NCBI RefSeq assembly: GCF_006345805.1
Contig: NC_043002.1
Coordinates: forward strand, 20,956,001-21,020,000
DNA: 64,000 bases
Direction: 5' to 3'
Origin: Octopus sinensis
Lineage: Eukaryota
Shown here: one piece after another, positions 62,551 through 64,000 of the stretch
How positions within the stretch are numbered: the first letter of the stretch is position 1
Layout: each line of letters starts with the position of its first letter
Position numbers and translations under genes: made by a program
Notes under the pieces: generated by a model
What the model was told of the DNA's origin: nothing
Databases searched by the model: none
Seen by the model: only the letters and a program-made list of their open reading frames with translations

Positions 62551-64000
62551 ATTATTGTTATGTCTGGTCTATTATTTTCCAGCTTCTTATCCATTTGAGT
62601 AGAAAACCCCATAAAACTGTGTGTTTCTCCAGTTCCAGCACCCTTTTCACCTTATGATCATACCATGTACCTCCAGTTTCAAATCCTCACTTCTGACAAA
62701 ACCTCCAGAATAAAACTTTCACAACTTGGTCATGCCTCCATTTCTTTATATTCTCCCTGGGTCAGATTTGGACATTCTGCAACACTGTGTGTCACTGTCA
62801 CTTTCTAAATTCCACAGATTCCATATTTTTTCTGATACCTTCTACTCACACACATATTTTCTCATGTTATTTATTTTTATTGTAGAGTTCAACTTTGACT
62901 TTCATCCTTTCAGGGTCATTAAAATAAGAACTAGCTGAGCACCAGGGTCGATGTAATTGACTTACTCCCTTCTCTGAAACTGCTGGCGTTGTGCTAAAAT
63001 TTGAAACCATTATTAATACTATTATAATTATTATTAGTGAAGGTGCATGGCTCAGTGGTTAGAGCATCGAGCTTACGATTGTGAGATTGTGAGTTTGAAT
63101 CTCCGACTCGGCTGCGTGTTGTGTCTTGAGCAAGACACTTTATTTCACATTGCTCCAGTTCACTCAGCTGTAGAAATGAGTTGCAAAGCTGTATCGGCCC
63201 TTGCCTTCCCTTGGATAACACTGGTGGTGTGGAGAGGGGAGACTGTATGCATGGGTGACTGCTGGTCTTCCGTAAACAACCTTGCCTGGACTTGTGCCTG
63301 GGAGGATAACTTTCTAGGATCAATCCCACGGTCAGCCATGACCGAAGGGGGTTTCAATTATCATTACTAAGGCAGTGAGCTGGCAGAATCATTAGCACAC
63401 TGGGAAAAATGCTTAATGGTATTTCATCCATTTTTATGTTGTGAGTTCAAATTCCGCTAAGGTCGACTTTGCCTTTCATTCTTTCAGGGTTGATAGATTA
63501 AATACCAGTGAAATACTGGGGTTTATCTAATCACCTTACCCCCTCCTTCAAAATTTCAGGTCTTGTGCCTTTAGTAGAAAGGATTATTATTATCATCCTC
63601 ATCATCATCATTGTATTTGACAGAATTATTTACTACAGATATCACTATAATATGGTTTCTTTCCAATATGATTATGTATGTGTTTTGTTAAAATACTACT
63701 TTCAGAGAATGATTTATTGCAGAAATCACAGTAATATGTTTGCTCTCCTGTATGAAACTATTTGTATTTAGCTAAGCTAGTAATTACAGAGAATGATGTA
63801 TCACAGATGTTACAGTGATATGGTTTCTCTCTGGTATGAATATACTTGTGAGTATTTCTGTTACCTTTTTAAGAGAATGATATACCACAGATGGTCAAAG
63901 TGGTATGAGGAATTTCTTATCTTTTTTGGCTCTTCTTCAGGAGAAAACAAAAAATATAAAAAACCAATCAATCAAAATTCTCACATAATTCATTTCCCAA

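Overview
AT-rich, repeat-dense eukaryotic DNA. The microsatellite load and tRNA-derived SINE families point to an octopus or other coleoid cephalopod, which is an inference from memory and not a database hit. One protein-coding gene is well supported: CCDC65/DRC2 (nexin-dynein regulatory complex subunit 2) on the minus strand. It has eight coding exons with canonical GT-AG sites and consistent phases between 23131 and 3847 (463 codons + 2 nt). The last exon probably lies left of the window, and an untranslated first exon probably lies near an RFX X-box at about 27.9 kb. The rest is transposon-derived: at least five SINE-like families, a Tx1 LINE 3' fragment, R4/Dong-type LINE pieces in (AAT)n arrays (one internally deleted and SIDE-like), two Helitrons, Tc1, mariner and maT-like remnants, a Gypsy integrase plus LTR, and a pair of piggyBac-type MITEs. 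The most striking signal is a set of at least seven sequence-unrelated minimal type-I hammerhead ribozyme motifs (CTGANGA-stem II-GAAA-palindromic stem III-GTH). Most sit in inserts within (TA)n/(CATA)n tracts. Two lie at the inner ends of long foldback inverted repeats and carry unusually long AT-rich stem II extensions, and three lie sense within CCDC65 introns. They resemble Penelope-like pLTR or retrozyme relics. All structures were read by eye and no cleavage activity is demonstrated.
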